In this document: one piece after another, positions 61,921-64,000 of the stretch
Layout of the letters: every line of letters begins with the position of its first letter
How positions within the stretch are numbered: the stretch's first letter is position 1
From: Camelus dromedarius
Lineage: Eukaryota
Length of the DNA stretch: 64,000 nt
Direction of reading: 5' to 3'
Assembly (NCBI RefSeq): GCF_036321535.1
Contig: NC_087436.1
Span: forward strand, 116,190,001-116,254,000
Position numbers and translations under genes: made by a program
Notes under the pieces: model-generated
Database searches by the model: none
Told to the model about the DNA's origin: nothing
What the model saw: only the letters and a program-made list of their open reading frames with translations

Positions 61921-62294
61921 AAAATGCACATTCGGTTCCACGGCCATCTTCACGAGGTCTCACTGGGTGACATGCCCACATCGACTTTTCCTTTGTCAGC
62001 TTTTGATTCCAGTTGCAGTAAGATTGTTGTAAACCAAATTCTGCAATAGAGAATCAGAATAACTTTAACATGACTCCAAGTGATCTGAGTCTAGCCGGCC
62101 TGGCAGGACGGCGGGGTTGCTCAAAGTTTTATCCTTTTAACATCTTCCCCATGAAATTTTAATGAATGTTTATAAAAAAAGTCAAACAAGTTTACTAAAG
62201 ACAAAGATAAATAATATATTTGCTACCATATTGATCAGAGCCTCTAGTACATTACTATGCACTGTGAGTCATTAAGGTCACAGTGTCACAGGAG

Positions 62295-62667
62295 GGCTAC
62301 GGGACGAACCGTGTCCTCCCCCAACTCCATATGCTGAAGTCCTAATCTCCAGTTCCTTAGAATGTGACTGTATTTGGAGACAGGCTCTTTGAAGAGAATA
62401 TTAACTTAAAACAAAGTCACATGGATGAGTCCTCATCCGATTTGACCGGTGTCCTTATAAGGAAAGTAGATTAAGAGACAGCTGAGACCACGGGAGGACA
62501 CAGGGAGCAGGAAGCCATCGACAAACTGAGGGGAGAGACGGCAGAGGAAAACAGCCCACACTTCGATCTCAGGCTTCTCTACCCTGGAACCGCAGGAACG
62601 TGCGTTTCTCCTGTTGAAGCAGCTCATCCTGAAGTGCTCAGTTATGCAGCCCTAGGAGACTGATACT
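62295..62667 (+). mobile_element. MLT1A/B-type solo LTR
   Basis: gctacgggacgaaccgtgtcctcccc...atatgctgaagtcctaa...agaatgtgactgtatttggagacagg...gttatgcagccctag. Confidence 0.88.
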
Positions 62668-64000
62668 CGGAGTATTTGTCCCTTTCAAAGAACTGGCCAC
62701 AGCGGGTGCAGCTCTATGCACTGGCACTGGTAGGAACTCAGAACTGCTCAGCAGTATCTGGGGCAAGAGGTTGACTGATCAGGAGGAAGGTCCCTGGGTG
62801 ATAGCAGAAGTGACTACACTTTCTAACAGGAAAAATGAAAACGTATTAAGGAGGAACGTAAAATTTCACACGAAGTGCACACCAGGGGCCTTGGGACTAG
62901 GATGAAGGGCTGACTGAGATTTGGACCAAATGTGGAATTACAGAATCAATTTTTATTTGGTAACCCAGCCCTTAATATGATTATGATATCCTCTGCCCTG
63001 TTCATTGCATTTTATTTTGATAATCTTTTGAGATAGAACTGATTGTGAAATTCTGAGAAGGGGTGCGTGCAGGTGTATATGCTGGGGGTGATGAGTAAAA
63101 CACCATCGAAGTCTGCATCCTATGAAATTAATTGATGGGAAAATATGCAGAAGGGAGCACCAGGTGTTACTTGAGAAAAAAATATAGACAAGTGAGTTTT
63201 CTGCCATTTCTGCCATCCAACTCAACTAATTCACTGCTCTTTAAGGGTTTTCCATAATTTACCAAGAGAAGGAATTAAAGACTCTTCCTGAAGTGAAGTG
63301 TTTTTTTTTTTTTAAGTGGCATGGGCTACAGAGATAATTAATTTCTTTCCTGTAGACTTGTCCTCAACACCTGATGAGGTGCTATGAAAAGAAGTTTCAC
63401 GTCTCATACCAGCACTTTTAAATGGCATCATTAACTACCAGACTAACCAATAAATGGATCACAAGATAGAAATGAATACGGAACTAGGAGGAGGGTTCTA
63501 GGAAGGAGTGGGCATTCCAAATGGCATGTACTGAAGTCCTTTAAAGCACACCAGAACACGGAGAGATAGTATCTGGAAGAAAGTAGCTCAACGGGGAGCC
63601 GGTTTTAAAATGTTAGTTTTGAGGACCCTTTTTCCCTAAGCATACAATAATTAGCTCTTTGTAGATATTATGTTAAAAATCTGGTCTTTGTGCCTCATAC
63701 AGTCCCTTCCTATGTGTACGATCCCTCAGCCCTTGCTCATTGCTAAGCCCCTTTCCCTCCAGAAGCCTCTACCACCAGCGCTCATCTCTCCCCTTCTCGG
63801 CCATCCGTGGGACTCACATTTGATACGCTCTGTAGGGATCTCTGTATCCCACAGTATTCTGTAGTACTCACTTCGTACTTCTTATAATAAATCAGCTACC
63901 TTTGGAACCACAGGGAGCCTCAAAAAGAAACTGCTATCTCTTCTGTGAAAGAGGAACGATAGTACCTTCCATGAAGTGTTCTTATGAGAGTTAAAGAGAA

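Noticed and set aside
61405..61953. 182-aa minus-strand ORF
   Set aside because: Lies wholly in a decayed L2; no protein-like features.

Overview
Mammalian non-coding DNA, either intergenic or deep intronic. It is most likely camelid (camel/alpaca/llama), inferred from three tRNA-derived SINEs resembling Vic-1 plus cetartiodactyl-type L1 3' ends. I found no convincing protein-coding exon, RNA gene, CpG island or CRISPR array; the supplied ORFs are random or come from L1 fragments. The window is a fossil bed of transposons. The ancient layer comprises MIR, L2, MLT1/MaLR LTRs and the DNA transposons Tigger13a, MER20, MER58, MER53, MER96B, MER113 and MER5. The younger layer comprises about seven L1 pieces, three SINEs and one intact ERV1-type solo LTR. 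The most notable structures are: (i) an L1 whose 5'UTR and ORF1 start are fused directly to a 3'UTR; (ii) three separate 5'-inverted (twin-primed) L1 insertions; (iii) a poly(A)-only insertion with a 12-bp TSD; (iv) a probable LTR-internal-LTR ancient MaLR provirus splitting an L2; (v) a template-switch hairpin inside an L1; and (vi) several repeat-free, TAAT-rich islands that may be conserved enhancers. I do not see evidence for a genuinely new biological system. Repeat family names come from my recollection of consensus sequences, not from a search, and boundaries of old repeats are approximate (tens of bp).
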